From Bradymonadia bacterium (GTDB taxonomy: Bacteria > Myxococcota_A > Bradymonadia > UBA7976 > UBA1532), in assembly GCA_046290225.1 (NCBI GenBank), contig JBKAGE010000034.1, forward strand, positions 192,001 through 256,000: 64,000 bases of DNA, written 5' to 3'. How positions within the stretch are numbered: position 1 is the first letter of the stretch; every line of letters begins with the position of its first letter. The notes under the pieces are model-generated. The model did not search any database and was not told where the DNA came from. It worked only from the letters and a program-made list of their open reading frames with translations. The position numbers and the translations under genes were made by a program. Below are positions 1 through 9,794 of the stretch, piece by piece.

Positions 1-1197
1 GACGAGGGGCGGCGCCAGCTCGGGCCACTGCAGCCGCACGAGCAGGCCGTACCAGTCCAAAGGAGACTCGGCAGCGAGGGCCTTGAGACCCTGCTTCGCC
101 GCCTCGGGCGACGAGGCCAACGATGCCCTGAAGGTCCAATAGCGGGCGGCCCGTTGATGACGCCCAGGAGATTGCGCGAGGGCACGAAGCGCGGCGACAG
201 CCTCACCGTGGCCACCCAGATACAAGCTCCAGGCGTGGTACCACTGGGCGGCCCCGCCCCACTGAGCCCCCTGCACTCGGGCGAACCCTGCTGCGGCTTC
301 GAGATAGCGCCCGGCCTCATAGGCACCAAAAGCCTGAAAGAAGATGGCCTCTTGTCGGAACTGCCCCTCGGGATACCTCTCCAGATAGTCGGTGTAGTGC
401 GCAGCAGTTTCTGACAGCCCAGCACGCCCTGCGGCACGTGCAGCGAGATGGCGCGCCTCTTCTTCCAACAGACGTGCCTCAGGGTCCTTCGCCTCTGCGA
501 TGGTCAAGAACCACCGGTGTGCCTGAGCATAATCTCGACGCCAGGGGGCGAGACGCAGACGCGCCCGAGCCATTAGGGCTGGCCACCTCTGAGGGCCTGC
601 CTCCAAAGCTGCATAGATCGCGTCTGCTTCAGCGTAGTGGCGCCCCTTTACGAGAGAGGCCGCTCGACGCATCTGGTCGTCTGGTTCGAGCGTGAGGCCC
701 TTGAGGGCGGCGACGCCCTCTGCCGTAGTCGGGTGATCCAGCGCCAAAGTGCGCTGGAGTTGCTCTGAGACCAGGGCTTCACCGCAGCTGTGGTGCAACT
801 TTCTCAGCAGCGACAGCCGTGGCGCCTTCTCGATCCACGGCGGATCATCGGCGAGAGCAGTGACGGTGGCGAGCCGATCCTTGCATTTACCCGCCCCAGC
901 TTGAGCGGCAACCCATCGTGCTCGGTGGCCCCAAGCGGGATGTTTCTCCAACGGGCGCGCTTGCTTTGCTGCCCATGACGCATCCCCAGCAGCGAGAGCG
1001 GCCACAGCAGCTTCGAGGGCAATGGCCTCTCGAAGTCTCGGCGCCTCCAGCCCCGACTTCAGCAGAGCCTTCGCCCCGGCGACGGTGGGCTGGGTGCGCA
1101 GCGCAGCGACTTGCGCCGCCAGGGTCGAGTCGGCCCGGGCCACAAAAGGTGTGATCCACAACGCCAGGAAGGCCGCCCGCACGGACACGGGCGTCAA
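1..1197 (-). CDS. Exported TPR/alpha-helical repeat protein, probably the N-terminal part of an Slt-type lytic transglycosylase (partial, runs off left edge)
   Basis: Not in ORF track. Hand translation from TTG at 1197 (TTGA overlap with upstream stop) is open to base 1: MTPVSVRAAFLALWITPFVARA (signal-like)...YLERYPEGQFRQEAIFFQAFGAYEAGRY...AARYW...ESPLDWYGLL. The RYW...PxxxYG pattern resembles the Slt superhelix; the catalytic domain is outside the window. Confidence 0.6.
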   Translation of the reverse strand, partial: MTPVSVRAAFLALWITPFVARADSTLAAQVAALRTQPTVAGAKALLKSGLEAPRLREAIALEAAVAALAAGDASWAAKQARPLEKHPAWGHRARWVAAQAGAGKCKDRLATVTALADDPPWIEKAPRLSLLRKLHHSCGEALVSEQLQRTLALDHPTTAEGVAALKGLTLEPDDQMRRAASLVKGRHYAEADAIYAALEAGPQRWPALMARARLRLAPWRRDYAQAHRWFLTIAEAKDPEARLLEEEARHLAARAAGRAGLSETAAHYTDYLERYPEGQFRQEAIFFQAFGAYEAGRYLEAAAGFARVQGAQWGGAAQWYHAWSLYLGGHGEAVAALRALAQSPGRHQRAARYWTFRASLASSPEAAKQGLKALAAESPLDWYGLLVRLQWPELAPPLV

Positions 1198-2171
1198 GGG
1201 GTGATGCCCAAGGCCTCGAGCGCCGACGCCAGATCTTCGGGGAGCGTGGATTCGAAACGCAGCCGCTCGCCAGTGACCGGATGCTCAAAGCCCAGCTCGA
1301 AGGCGTGCAGGGCCTGGCGCTTGAGGCCGAGATCGATGCCCAGCAGTCGCAGCTCCGTGGGACGCTCGATGCGCCGTGGCCGCCCATAAAGCGGATCCCC
1401 GAGCAGAGGCCAGTTGGCTTCGGCCATGTGCACCCTGATTTGATGCGTGCGGCCAGTCTCCAGGCGCATCTCCACCCAGGTCGCGCCGTGGGCTTCGGCG
1501 AGGGCGGTGTAGTGCGTCACCGCTCTACGGCCACGCTCTACCCGCGTGGTGAACTTCAGCCGGTGGTTCATGTGCCGGCCGTGCAGCGTGTCGAAGGTGC
1601 CCATGGCAGGCAGCTGCCGCCCCCAAACGAGGGCATGGTAGCGCCGATCCACAGTGTGCTCGGCGAACTGCGCCGCGAGATGGTGGTGGGCTCGCTCGGT
1701 CCGGGCCACCACGACGACCCCTGTGGTGAAGGCGTCGATGCGGTGCACCACACCAGGTCGGTGGGGTCCGCCGATGGGCGACAGGTTGCCATAGCGGGCC
1801 ACGAGACCATTCACCAGGGTGTCGTCCTGATGCCCGGGCGCCGGGTGCATCACGACACCCGCGGGCTTGTTCACCACCACCAGCTCGGCGTCCTCGTAGA
1901 CGATGTCGAGGTCCATGGGCGTGGCGATGCACTCCGTGGGCTCGGGGGGCGGCAGGTCGATGTGCACCTGTACCCCAGCGTCGAGGGCGAGGGAGGGCTT
2001 CGTCTTCGCGCCATCCACCTTCACACGGCCGGTCTTCACCCACTGGGCAAGGCGACTACGGCTGTAGTCGGGCAGCATCTGAGCGAGGGCGCGGTCGAGG
2101 CGCATGCCAACGAGATCGCCGTCTACGACGAAGACGATGGGCTCCGGAGAGAGTGCGTCTGGGGTGTCCAT
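1194..2171 (-). CDS. rluD: RluA/RluD-family 23S rRNA pseudouridine synthase
   Basis: S4 domain (RLDRAL...SRS), VNKPAG, catalytic HRID, TGRTHQIRVH, GDPLYG, LHA motifs. Confidence 0.93.
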   Translation of the reverse strand: MDTPDALSPEPIVFVVDGDLVGMRLDRALAQMLPDYSRSRLAQWVKTGRVKVDGAKTKPSLALDAGVQVHIDLPPPEPTECIATPMDLDIVYEDAELVVVNKPAGVVMHPAPGHQDDTLVNGLVARYGNLSPIGGPHRPGVVHRIDAFTTGVVVVARTERAHHHLAAQFAEHTVDRRYHALVWGRQLPAMGTFDTLHGRHMNHRLKFTTRVERGRRAVTHYTALAEAHGATWVEMRLETGRTHQIRVHMAEANWPLLGDPLYGRPRRIERPTELRLLGIDLGLKRQALHAFELGFEHPVTGERLRFESTLPEDLASALEALGITP

Positions 2172-2273
2172 GGGGACGTGTTACTCCGCCGCAGAGAGTG
2201 CGAGCAGGCAGGGGTGGGCCGTGCAGAGGTGACCCCCCGAAGGGCGAGCACAGCATGCCCACACCGAGGGGGC

Positions 2274-2540
2274 TCACCAGAGCTTGGTGGGCATCTCTCG
2301 CGTGTTGTTGGGGATGGCGTCGACGAGGGCACGCTCGAGCAGGTTGTAGCGCTCGCGGATCTCAGGGGCCACGCGGCTGACGTACAGCTCACGGCCCTCG
2401 CTGATGTCAGCCTCGAGGAGTTCGAAGAGGGTGTCCTTCACGAGGCCTTCGGCCACCTTGGACTTGTTGTACAAGAACACATCAGAGGCGATGGTTCGGG
2501 CGAGGCGCAGGGCCCCTTCCACGGTCTTGATTTGAGACAT
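2274..2540 (-). CDS. Small conserved-looking helical hypothetical protein (88 aa)
   Basis: Host-like codon usage; ARTIASDVFLYN...EGRELY resembles a helical module I recall from deltaproteobacterial signalling proteins (unverified). Confidence 0.7.
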   Translation of the reverse strand: MSQIKTVEGALRLARTIASDVFLYNKSKVAEGLVKDTLFELLEADISEGRELYVSRVAPEIRERYNLLERALVDAIPNNTREMPTKLW

Positions 2541-2622
2541 CGAGCCCTCGGTGTTGGTTCGGTGAGCCAGGGGTTTCAGCAGACGGTGAACACGCTACGA
2601 CCGGTCATGGCCAGCGTCAACC

Positions 2623-3222
2623 TCAGCCCTCGGGCTCCGGAGGGGCCGTGCGCGGTCCGAGGTAGTCGTGCAGCACCTGATCAGCGTCGAGGTTCAACGC
2701 CCGGGCCACCTGCTTGAGGAACCCGCGCACGTAGACCGTCGCTGGTAGATCATCAAAGATCTCGTCCTCGATGCACCTCAAGTTGAACGTACTGATCTTG
2801 GTGCGCTCGGAGATGTCGTGGAGCGTCATCTCGCAAGCTTCCCGGATCAGGCGGATCACCGCGCCGGTGATGGGCGTGTCCGGCGGCAGGCCCGCAGCGG
2901 CGAGGGGATCGCTCGGCGGAGGCATCCGCGGCGACGGCGCCGGGGGCGCCACCCGCTGATCTGCCCGACGCAGGCTCGGGTGGCCCTCGGGAAACCGCTT
3001 GAGATCGTAGGCTCGCCGCTTCTGGGGGTCGACGAGGATCTGGTAGGCCTCGGTGAGATCGGTGTGCAGCGCCTTGAGCTCCTGGCTGTTGAACAGGCCG
3101 TAAACCACTGGGCCGTTGGCGTCGAACAGGCTGGTCAGGCGTTTGTAAGCCCGACGAATCTCGTCGTCCGTGGCCCCAGGATCGATCTCGAGCAAGGCAT
3201 AGAGGTCGGCGTTGGTTTTCAC
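2623..3222 (-). CDS. J-like domain plus RodZ-type/XRE helix-turn-helix protein
   Basis: Likely start GTG 3222 (GTGA overlap with upstream stop), not 3888. DLYALLEID...EIRRAYKRL...EAYQILVDPQKRRAYD is J-like; IREACEMTLHDISERTKIS...IEDEIFDDLPATVYVRGFLKQVARALNLD is HTH_25-like. Confidence 0.85.
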   Translation of the reverse strand: MKTNADLYALLEIDPGATDDEIRRAYKRLTSLFDANGPVVYGLFNSQELKALHTDLTEAYQILVDPQKRRAYDLKRFPEGHPSLRRADQRVAPPAPSPRMPPPSDPLAAAGLPPDTPITGAVIRLIREACEMTLHDISERTKISTFNLRCIEDEIFDDLPATVYVRGFLKQVARALNLDADQVLHDYLGPRTAPPEPEG

Positions 3223-4175
3223 CGGCTCACCTCCCGGGCTCTGACCTCGCGCTGCCGCGAGACCGGGACCAGCAACCGCCGGGACACCCGCTCGATGCGT
3301 TGCCCCAGACTGGAGCCGGGGTACTCGAGCATGAGGGGCCGGCGCATGCGCATTGAGTGGATCGCCGCGTCGTCGTAGTCCATATGGCCGAGGTTTTCGG
3401 CCATCACGCCCCATCGACGCTTCAGAGCGCTGCAGATGCCTGCAGCCATCTCCATGTCGGCCCGGGTACGGCACTGGTTCACCATGATGCGGGGGCAGAA
3501 GCCGTCCACCTTGGTCCGCAGCGCCTTCGCCGCCTCGGGGTGAGAGCCCCCCAAAGCGTTGATGAGATCGTACGGGTTCTGGATCTGGCCCACGTGATCT
3601 GCAGAGAGCACGGCCCGAGCCACCACCCCCGCCACATCGTCGGCGCCGAGGATCAGGTGATAAAGCGCCACCCTCAAGAAAGCGTAGATGCGCTCCACCC
3701 CCACCGGCTCGGGCTTCACCATGACCACGGCGGCGTCGGCCTCCAGGAAGGTGTCGAGGGTCAGGCGATCGCCATGGGTGCCCATGTCGAGCAACACCAC
3801 GTCGGCCTCGAGGCTCAGGGCATGATCCAGGGTGGCCTTGCGCAGCGCATCGCCGGCGCCCCCCGAGATGAGGGTGGGCGGGCGGCACAGCTTGAGCGTA
3901 AGGCCCGGCACCTGCTCCACGAGGGGTTCACCGGCGCTGCGCAGGAGCGCTCCAGGGGCCGGCAGCAGAGGCTCGAGCCCGAGGTAGGTGTGCAGATTGC
4001 CGCCACCGGGATCGAGGTCGGCCACCACCACCTCTCGACCGAGGCGGGAGAGGTACACCCCGATGTTGGCCAGGACGAGGCTGCGGCCTACGCCGCCCTT
4101 GCCGCCGGCGAAGACCACCCGGTAGGGCCCCTGCCCTGGTGGATGCCATGGGAGTTGTTGCAGGTCACCGCTCAT
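3219..4175 (-). CDS. MinD/FlhG(FleN)-family P-loop ATPase
   Basis: Deviant Walker A GGKGGVGRS, ADLDPGGGNLHTYLG, VLLDMG, VNQ. Confidence 0.85.
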   Translation of the reverse strand: MSGDLQQLPWHPPGQGPYRVVFAGGKGGVGRSLVLANIGVYLSRLGREVVVADLDPGGGNLHTYLGLEPLLPAPGALLRSAGEPLVEQVPGLTLKLCRPPTLISGGAGDALRKATLDHALSLEADVVLLDMGTHGDRLTLDTFLEADAAVVMVKPEPVGVERIYAFLRVALYHLILGADDVAGVVARAVLSADHVGQIQNPYDLINALGGSHPEAAKALRTKVDGFCPRIMVNQCRTRADMEMAAGICSALKRRWGVMAENLGHMDYDDAAIHSMRMRRPLMLEYPGSSLGQRIERVSRRLLVPVSRQREVRAREVSR

Positions 4176-4302
4176 GGCGCCTGCTTCTACCGCAACGGCG
4201 AGCCCTGCACAATCTGCCGCGGCGAATTCTCAGTTCTGTCGGGCCGTTGAGGCATGATAGAGCCAATGCTCGAACCGCAGGCCCCCGGGCCTCACTGGAG
4301 CC

Positions 4303-6459
4303 TTGATGGGCGTACAAACCCAGAGCGCACTCATCGCCGCGGTGTTGCTCACCGTTATGATCATCAACCTGGTCTCTCCCCGGCGACGCACCGCCCAGCG
4401 AAAGACCTTCATCGGGCTGCTCACGGGCCTCACGGCCTACAACGTGGCCTTCTTCGGCCTCGGCGTCTCCGACACCCCCGATCTGTGGCGGGGCATGATG
4501 CAGCTCTCTGCCTTGTCCATCGCCATCCTCGGGCAGCGGTTCTTCGACCGGTTCCTCGAACGTCGAGACGCGCTCATGTGGCGCATCATCACCGGGGCCT
4601 CCATCGGTGGCGGCGTGCTCGTCTTCACACGCCTCGGCGCCACAATGACCGCCAGCGTGCTCCTGGCGATCTACGTGCTCGGGGTTCTGGGCCACTGCAT
4701 CTGGCGGCTCTATCTGCGGTACGAGCGTCAGCAGGCGGAGGAGCAGGGTCCCGAGGCGCAGCGGCTGCTCTATCTGGTCATCGGTGGTGCCGGGGCGCTC
4801 TTCTTCGTGGCCCTCGACCTCCTGGCGCAGACCGGCCTGCCCGTGCCCACCTTCGGCCACCTGCTGCTCACGGGCTACATGTACCTCTGGATGCAGGTCA
4901 TCCAACGTTCTCGCCTGCTCGACCTCAACGAGATGCTCGGCCGCATGGCCACTGTGACAGTTCAGGCTCTGAGCCTCTCTCTCATCTATACCGGCCTCGT
5001 GGTGTGGGTGGGCGAGCGATACGGCCTCTTCGTCTTCAACACCTTCGTGGCCACCCTGGTGCTGGTGCTGCTCTTCGAGCCGCTCCAGCGCGTGCTGGAC
5101 TCTCAGGCCTCGAAGTTGCTGTTTCAGCAGAAGTTTCGCTTCGAGCAGCGCATCAGGCGGCTGAAGGCCAGCCTGTCGCAGACTGTGGGCGTCGACGACA
5201 TGGTGGAGCGGGTGACGAGGGCGCTGAAGGCCGCCCGACGGATCAAACACGTGGCGGTCTATCTGCAGGAGATCGACGGCCGCGGGTATTTTCAGGCCCG
5301 TGACGAGGGGGCTGAGGGGGCCGGGCGGATCGACCTTGTGGGCGATCAGGATTTTGTGCAGGCGCTCAGGGCCGCCCCCGAGGGGGTCACCCGAGAGCTT
5401 CTGGAGCGGGAGATCGACGACTTGGAGTTCGAGGGCGCTCAGACTGGCCGGTCCATCGCCACAGATCGGGCTCACATCAACGCGGTGCTCACCACCCTCG
5501 AGCGACTCGGGGGCAACCTGTGCTTCCCCTTGATTCACAAAGATCGGCTGTCGGGCTTTCTCGTCATCGACGCCGAGCGCCCTCGGGAGGCGTTCTCCAG
5601 CGAAGAGATGCAACGTTGGGGCGAGCTGGCCCACCAGATGACCATCGTGATCGAGAACTCGGTGCTGGTGGAGCAGCTCAAAGAGCGAGAGCGTCTCTCG
5701 GCCCTGGGCCAGATGGCAGCAGGGCTCGCCCACGAGATCCGGAACCCCCTCGGGGCCATCAAAGGGGCCGCTCAGATGCTGGAGCCCGACTCCCTCAACG
5801 AGGACGAGCAGATTTGCGTGGGGGTCATCCTCGAGGAGGTGGATCGACTCAACGTGGTGGTGAGCCAGTTCCTCGATTACGCGCGGCCCTATCGCGGCGC
5901 CCTGTCACCGACTGACATCAACCGGGTCATCGAGAAGGTGGCCCACATGACCGAAGCCGACGAGCTCTCCGACGGCGTGAAGGTGCACCTCGCCCTCGAC
6001 ACCGATCTACCCCCGATCCTCGGAGACGCTGATCAGCTCAAGCAGGTGCTGCTCAACCTAGCACGCAACGCCTGTGAGGCCATGCCCGAGGGCGGCGGCC
6101 TCACCTTCTCCACCCACCTCGCCTTCGAGGAGGCCCCTGGCGCCCCAGGAGAATCGAGGCAGCGTGTGGAGGTCACGGTGGCCGACGAGGGCACAGGTTT
6201 ACCTGAGGGCGCCCGGGAGCAGCTGTTCATGCCCTTCTTCACCACACGACAGGGCGGCACCGGCCTCGGCCTCGCCATCAGCCAGCGGATCGTGCAACAA
6301 CATGGCGGCTCCATCACCGTGCGGCCCGGCGCCACCCGTGGCACGGTCTTCTCGCTCAGGCTGCCACTCGCAGACGACGCCCACGCCCTCACGGGCGAGT
6401 TCCAGCGTCGCCAGGGGCTGACCAACTTCACCCCTCCCCCAGGAGAGGCTGTCTCATGA
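4303..6459 (+). CDS. Membrane sensor histidine kinase (multi-TM, GAF-like, HisKA, HATPase)
   Basis: Multiple hydrophobic helices; H-box LAHEIRNPL; N-box NLARNACEAM; DEGTG, PFFTT, GTGLGL. Confidence 0.93.
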   Translation: MMGVQTQSALIAAVLLTVMIINLVSPRRRTAQRKTFIGLLTGLTAYNVAFFGLGVSDTPDLWRGMMQLSALSIAILGQRFFDRFLERRDALMWRIITGASIGGGVLVFTRLGATMTASVLLAIYVLGVLGHCIWRLYLRYERQQAEEQGPEAQRLLYLVIGGAGALFFVALDLLAQTGLPVPTFGHLLLTGYMYLWMQVIQRSRLLDLNEMLGRMATVTVQALSLSLIYTGLVVWVGERYGLFVFNTFVATLVLVLLFEPLQRVLDSQASKLLFQQKFRFEQRIRRLKASLSQTVGVDDMVERVTRALKAARRIKHVAVYLQEIDGRGYFQARDEGAEGAGRIDLVGDQDFVQALRAAPEGVTRELLEREIDDLEFEGAQTGRSIATDRAHINAVLTTLERLGGNLCFPLIHKDRLSGFLVIDAERPREAFSSEEMQRWGELAHQMTIVIENSVLVEQLKERERLSALGQMAAGLAHEIRNPLGAIKGAAQMLEPDSLNEDEQICVGVILEEVDRLNVVVSQFLDYARPYRGALSPTDINRVIEKVAHMTEADELSDGVKVHLALDTDLPPILGDADQLKQVLLNLARNACEAMPEGGGLTFSTHLAFEEAPGAPGESRQRVEVTVADEGTGLPEGAREQLFMPFFTTRQGGTGLGLAISQRIVQQHGGSITVRPGATRGTVFSLRLPLADDAHALTGEFQRRQGLTNFTPPPGEAVS

Positions 6460-7514
6460 TCCGCATCACCGGCGGCGCCGCCCGAGGGCGACGACTCAAG
6501 GTCCTCGACACCGGCAAGGTCAGGCCCACCACCGACAAGGTCAGGCAGGCCCTCTTCAACGTGCTGTTCCACAGCCACGAGCGCGCTCCCATGGGACAAC
6601 GCGTGCTCGATCTGTTCGCCGGCTCCGGAGCCTTGGGCCTCGAGGCCCTCAGCCGTGGCGCCGAGTCGGTCACCCTCGTAGAAGGTGATCGTCGCGTGGC
6701 GCGGCAGCTGAGCGAGAACGCCGCCATCGTCGGTGAGGGGGCAGAGATCATCTGCAGCCCTGTCGCACGTTTTTTGAGTCAGCCCGGACCGATGGAAGAT
6801 CTGAAGTACGGGCTCGTCTTGATGGACCCCCCCTACGCCGCAGGGTTGGTGAACCCCACCCTCGAGGCCCTGGTGACGGGGGGCTGGCTCGCGCCGGGGG
6901 CCATCGTGTGCGTGGAGCACGGCCCTGATGGCGCCCCCCAGGTCTCGGCCCCCTTGCGTCCGATCTTCCATCGGCGGTACGGGGAGTGTGAGATCACCCT
7001 GTTGACCCTTGAGGAGCAGCCCATGCGCCGCGCCATCTACCCCGGCTCTTTCGACCCTGTCACCGTGGGGCACATCGACATCATCCGACGTGGCCTCCAG
7101 GTGGTGGACGAGGTGGTGGTCACCGTGGCCTGCAACATCAAGAAGACCCCCATGTTCTCCGACGAGGCCCGCATCGAGATGATCGAGATGGTCTTCGCCG
7201 ACGAGCCCCGGGTAAAGGTGGACGGCTTCCAGGGGTTGCTGGTGGACTACGCCACCGCCAACGACATCCCGCTGGTCCTCCGGGGCCTGCGCAGTGGCAT
7301 CGACTTCGAGTACGAGCAGCAGATGGCGTGCATGAATCGCCACCTCGCGGCGCAGACCGAGTACATCTTTTTGGTGGCAGATCCGACCCTCAGCTACGTC
7401 TCGTCGAGTCTGATCCGCGAGATCGCCCTCAACGGCGGTGACGTCACCGGCATGGTGCCCCCCCTGGTGGAGGCCCGCTTGAAGGCCGAAGTCCTGGCCC
7501 GCCAGAGTCAGTGA
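6456..7514 (+). CDS. rsmD-coaD: In-frame fusion of 16S rRNA m2G966 methyltransferase (RsmD) and phosphopantetheine adenylyltransferase (CoaD; internal ATG 7023)
   Basis: RITGG...RPTTDKVRQALFN, DLFAGSGALGLEALSRGA and DPPY, then with no stop MRRAIYPGSFDPVTVGHIDII, RGLR, SSSLIREIA. Confidence 0.92.
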   Translation: MIRITGGAARGRRLKVLDTGKVRPTTDKVRQALFNVLFHSHERAPMGQRVLDLFAGSGALGLEALSRGAESVTLVEGDRRVARQLSENAAIVGEGAEIICSPVARFLSQPGPMEDLKYGLVLMDPPYAAGLVNPTLEALVTGGWLAPGAIVCVEHGPDGAPQVSAPLRPIFHRRYGECEITLLTLEEQPMRRAIYPGSFDPVTVGHIDIIRRGLQVVDEVVVTVACNIKKTPMFSDEARIEMIEMVFADEPRVKVDGFQGLLVDYATANDIPLVLRGLRSGIDFEYEQQMACMNRHLAAQTEYIFLVADPTLSYVSSSLIREIALNGGDVTGMVPPLVEARLKAEVLARQSQ

Positions 7515-7545
7515 TCATCTGAACCCGCATGGAGCATCGAACCTC

Positions 7546-8097
7546 TTGAGCTTGAAGCGCACCATCTCCCCCCTGCCCCGATTCGCCCTGGCCCGGCTCG
7601 CCTTGTCGGTGTGCCTGCTGGCGCTATTCGGCGTAGGGTGTGTCGTGCCCTTGCCCGTGGAGGAAGAGGAGCCTGATCCCAACTTCCCGCCCTTCTACGA
7701 CCCTCTGGCGGTGGATCCGGGCTTCGATCAGGTGGTGAGCTTCGACCCGCAAGGGGCCGACGAGGCCACGCTGAACTTCAACGTGTCGGTGGTCGGTGAC
7801 TACAACACCGACGAGACGCTCTTCTGGCGCCTCTACCTCAACTACGATCCCCAGACCTTCCCCATCCGCATCAACGGTGACGAAGTCCGCCAGACAGGGA
7901 GCGTGTTCAGAGAGCCGATTCAGTTTTCCCTGGACTGCTCCAACTTCAGCCCCTTCCGAGAGGTGGATCTCCACCGTCTGGAGCTGGTGATCGGCGATCG
8001 GGCCTTCGAGGACTCGAACAGCCCCGCGCTCCTGGAAGGCGCCGAGCAGACCCGGGTGGTCTGGTTCATCGAGCTGGTGTCGGCGTGTCGTCTCTGA
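7546..8097 (+). CDS. Hypothetical lipoprotein
   Basis: Basic N-terminus, hydrophobic stretch, lipobox-like FGVGC; acidic mature part; host codon usage. Confidence 0.7.
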   Translation: MSLKRTISPLPRFALARLALSVCLLALFGVGCVVPLPVEEEEPDPNFPPFYDPLAVDPGFDQVVSFDPQGADEATLNFNVSVVGDYNTDETLFWRLYLNYDPQTFPIRINGDEVRQTGSVFREPIQFSLDCSNFSPFREVDLHRLELVIGDRAFEDSNSPALLEGAEQTRVVWFIELVSACRL

Positions 8098-9794
8098 GGC
8101 GATGGGGCCTGCTGGGCCTCACCGCTGCGGCGGCCGCTTTGCCCGCGTGCATCGAATTCGGGGAGATCAGCCGAGATCCGCTCAGGCCACCCACAGGGTG
8201 CAGCGGCATCGAGTCCTGCCCTCAGGGCCTGATCTGTGAGGCGGGGGCCTGCGTGGGCGGTGAGCCCCCGGAACGGGCCCTGGTCATTCGAGTGCGACCC
8301 CCGCGCAGCACCGGGCTCGGTGCGGTGGAGACCCGCACGCTCTTCACGGACCGGCCGATCCTCGCCCTCGCCGAGGTGGCCCTGCCTCAAACCATCGATC
8401 TCGAGGCGGAGCTGCTCTATCAGGGTGAGCCGATCCCCGCCCGGGCGGTGGCCCGACCTCAGGGCGTGGTGGATCCGGCGGCCTTCGAGGTCTCTGCTGA
8501 TCCCGTGGTCCAGGCCGACGGCCCCCGCACCCGCCTGCCCCTGGTGCCCTGGTGGCCCCGAGAGCCACAGTTCGCCCCAGGCGAGCAGCTGGGCATCCGC
8601 TACGACATCCAGTTCGTGCCCCAGCTGTCTCCCCCGGACGATCTGCCGCCCTGGACGGTGCTGGACGAGTCGGTGAACGGCCTCGCTGACGACGCGGCCC
8701 TGCGCTCGTTCTCTCTGCCCGGCCCCGAGGGCCTGGTCACCCTGGACGGGCGGCTTACGCTGAGCCCTGAACAGCCTACCCCTCTCCAGGGCGTGCCCAT
8801 CTTCGCGCAAGACGCCGCTGGCAGGCGGGTGAGCACAGAAGCCGAGACGGATGAGGAGGGCCGCTTCTCGCTGCGCTTCTGGCGCCCCACGCGAGAGACC
8901 GAGTACACCCTGCGCGTCCGCCCGGCCCGCCCCGATCGACCGCTCCCAGAGCTTCAAGTGCCCGTCCGCGTCCTCCTGGAGGGCGAGTTGGAGTTCCTCG
9001 ACGTATTTCTGGGCAATGTAGGCACTCTGGTGAACTTCACCGGCAGGCTCGACGGCTCCTTCGGCGACGTAGAAGAGCCCGTCGTGGGCGCCTCGCTCCG
9101 CTTCGTGGGCCAGGTGAGCGGCGGTCGCTACGAGACCTGGGCCCTCTCGGGCATGGACGGCGCCTTCAATGTGCAGCTGTTCCCGGGCACCTATCAGGTA
9201 GGCCTCGATCCTCCCCTGAGCGGCGACTTCCGCCACACGCGGACCCGACTGGACGTCGAGCCGATGGCCCCCGGGGATCCCACCGATGCCCTCAGCTTCA
9301 CCGTGCGCCCCCGCAGCCGGGTCTTCGGCCAGCTGATGGCCCCGGACGGCTCCCCCCTGGCCGAGGGCCGCGTAGTGGCCACCCTCGTCGAGGCGGCCTC
9401 GGGAGACCCCTCTCTTCAGACCACCGACTTCGCCCCACCCATCCGCACGGTCTCGGCCCTCGCCGATGACGCCGGGCGCTTCGAGCTGTTCCTCGATCCG
9501 GGCACGCACAGCCTGGCCATCGAGCCCCCGCTCGGCCGAGGGCTGCCCAGCTTCGTCACCACCACCCAGGTGCCGGTGGAGCAAACGACGGGCCTCGATC
9601 TGCGTACGCTGTCAGTGCCCCCGGCGGCCTCTCTCTCCATCGAGCTGGTGGATCAAGAGATGGCGCCGGTGGAGAACGCCGTCGTAGAGGTCTGGTGGGA
9701 AGACGAATCAGGTCGAATCGACGCCGGGCAAGGCAGCTCCGACGCTTCGGGGCAGGTGTTCTTGAGCCTACCCAACCCCTCGGGGATGCCTTGA
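8085..9794 (+). CDS. Lipoprotein with Cys-rich segment and carboxypeptidase-regulatory-like beta-sandwich repeats
   Basis: LPAC lipobox; CSGIESCPQGLICEAGAC; repeated TDEEGRF, GMDGAF, ADDAGRF, SDASGQV motifs. Confidence 0.75.
   Translation: MSSLRRWGLLGLTAAAAALPACIEFGEISRDPLRPPTGCSGIESCPQGLICEAGACVGGEPPERALVIRVRPPRSTGLGAVETRTLFTDRPILALAEVALPQTIDLEAELLYQGEPIPARAVARPQGVVDPAAFEVSADPVVQADGPRTRLPLVPWWPREPQFAPGEQLGIRYDIQFVPQLSPPDDLPPWTVLDESVNGLADDAALRSFSLPGPEGLVTLDGRLTLSPEQPTPLQGVPIFAQDAAGRRVSTEAETDEEGRFSLRFWRPTRETEYTLRVRPARPDRPLPELQVPVRVLLEGELEFLDVFLGNVGTLVNFTGRLDGSFGDVEEPVVGASLRFVGQVSGGRYETWALSGMDGAFNVQLFPGTYQVGLDPPLSGDFRHTRTRLDVEPMAPGDPTDALSFTVRPRSRVFGQLMAPDGSPLAEGRVVATLVEAASGDPSLQTTDFAPPIRTVSALADDAGRFELFLDPGTHSLAIEPPLGRGLPSFVTTTQVPVEQTTGLDLRTLSVPPAASLSIELVDQEMAPVENAVVEVWWEDESGRIDAGQGSSDASGQVFLSLPNPSGMP

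Noticed and set aside
154..1387. Short ORFs listed in the track at the left edge
   Set aside because: Explained by the uninterrupted minus-strand frame 1197->1 and by rluD.
3223..3888. N-terminal extension of the 421-aa ORF
   Set aside because: Off-frame overlap with the MinD-like gene; the recognisable protein starts at GTG 3222.
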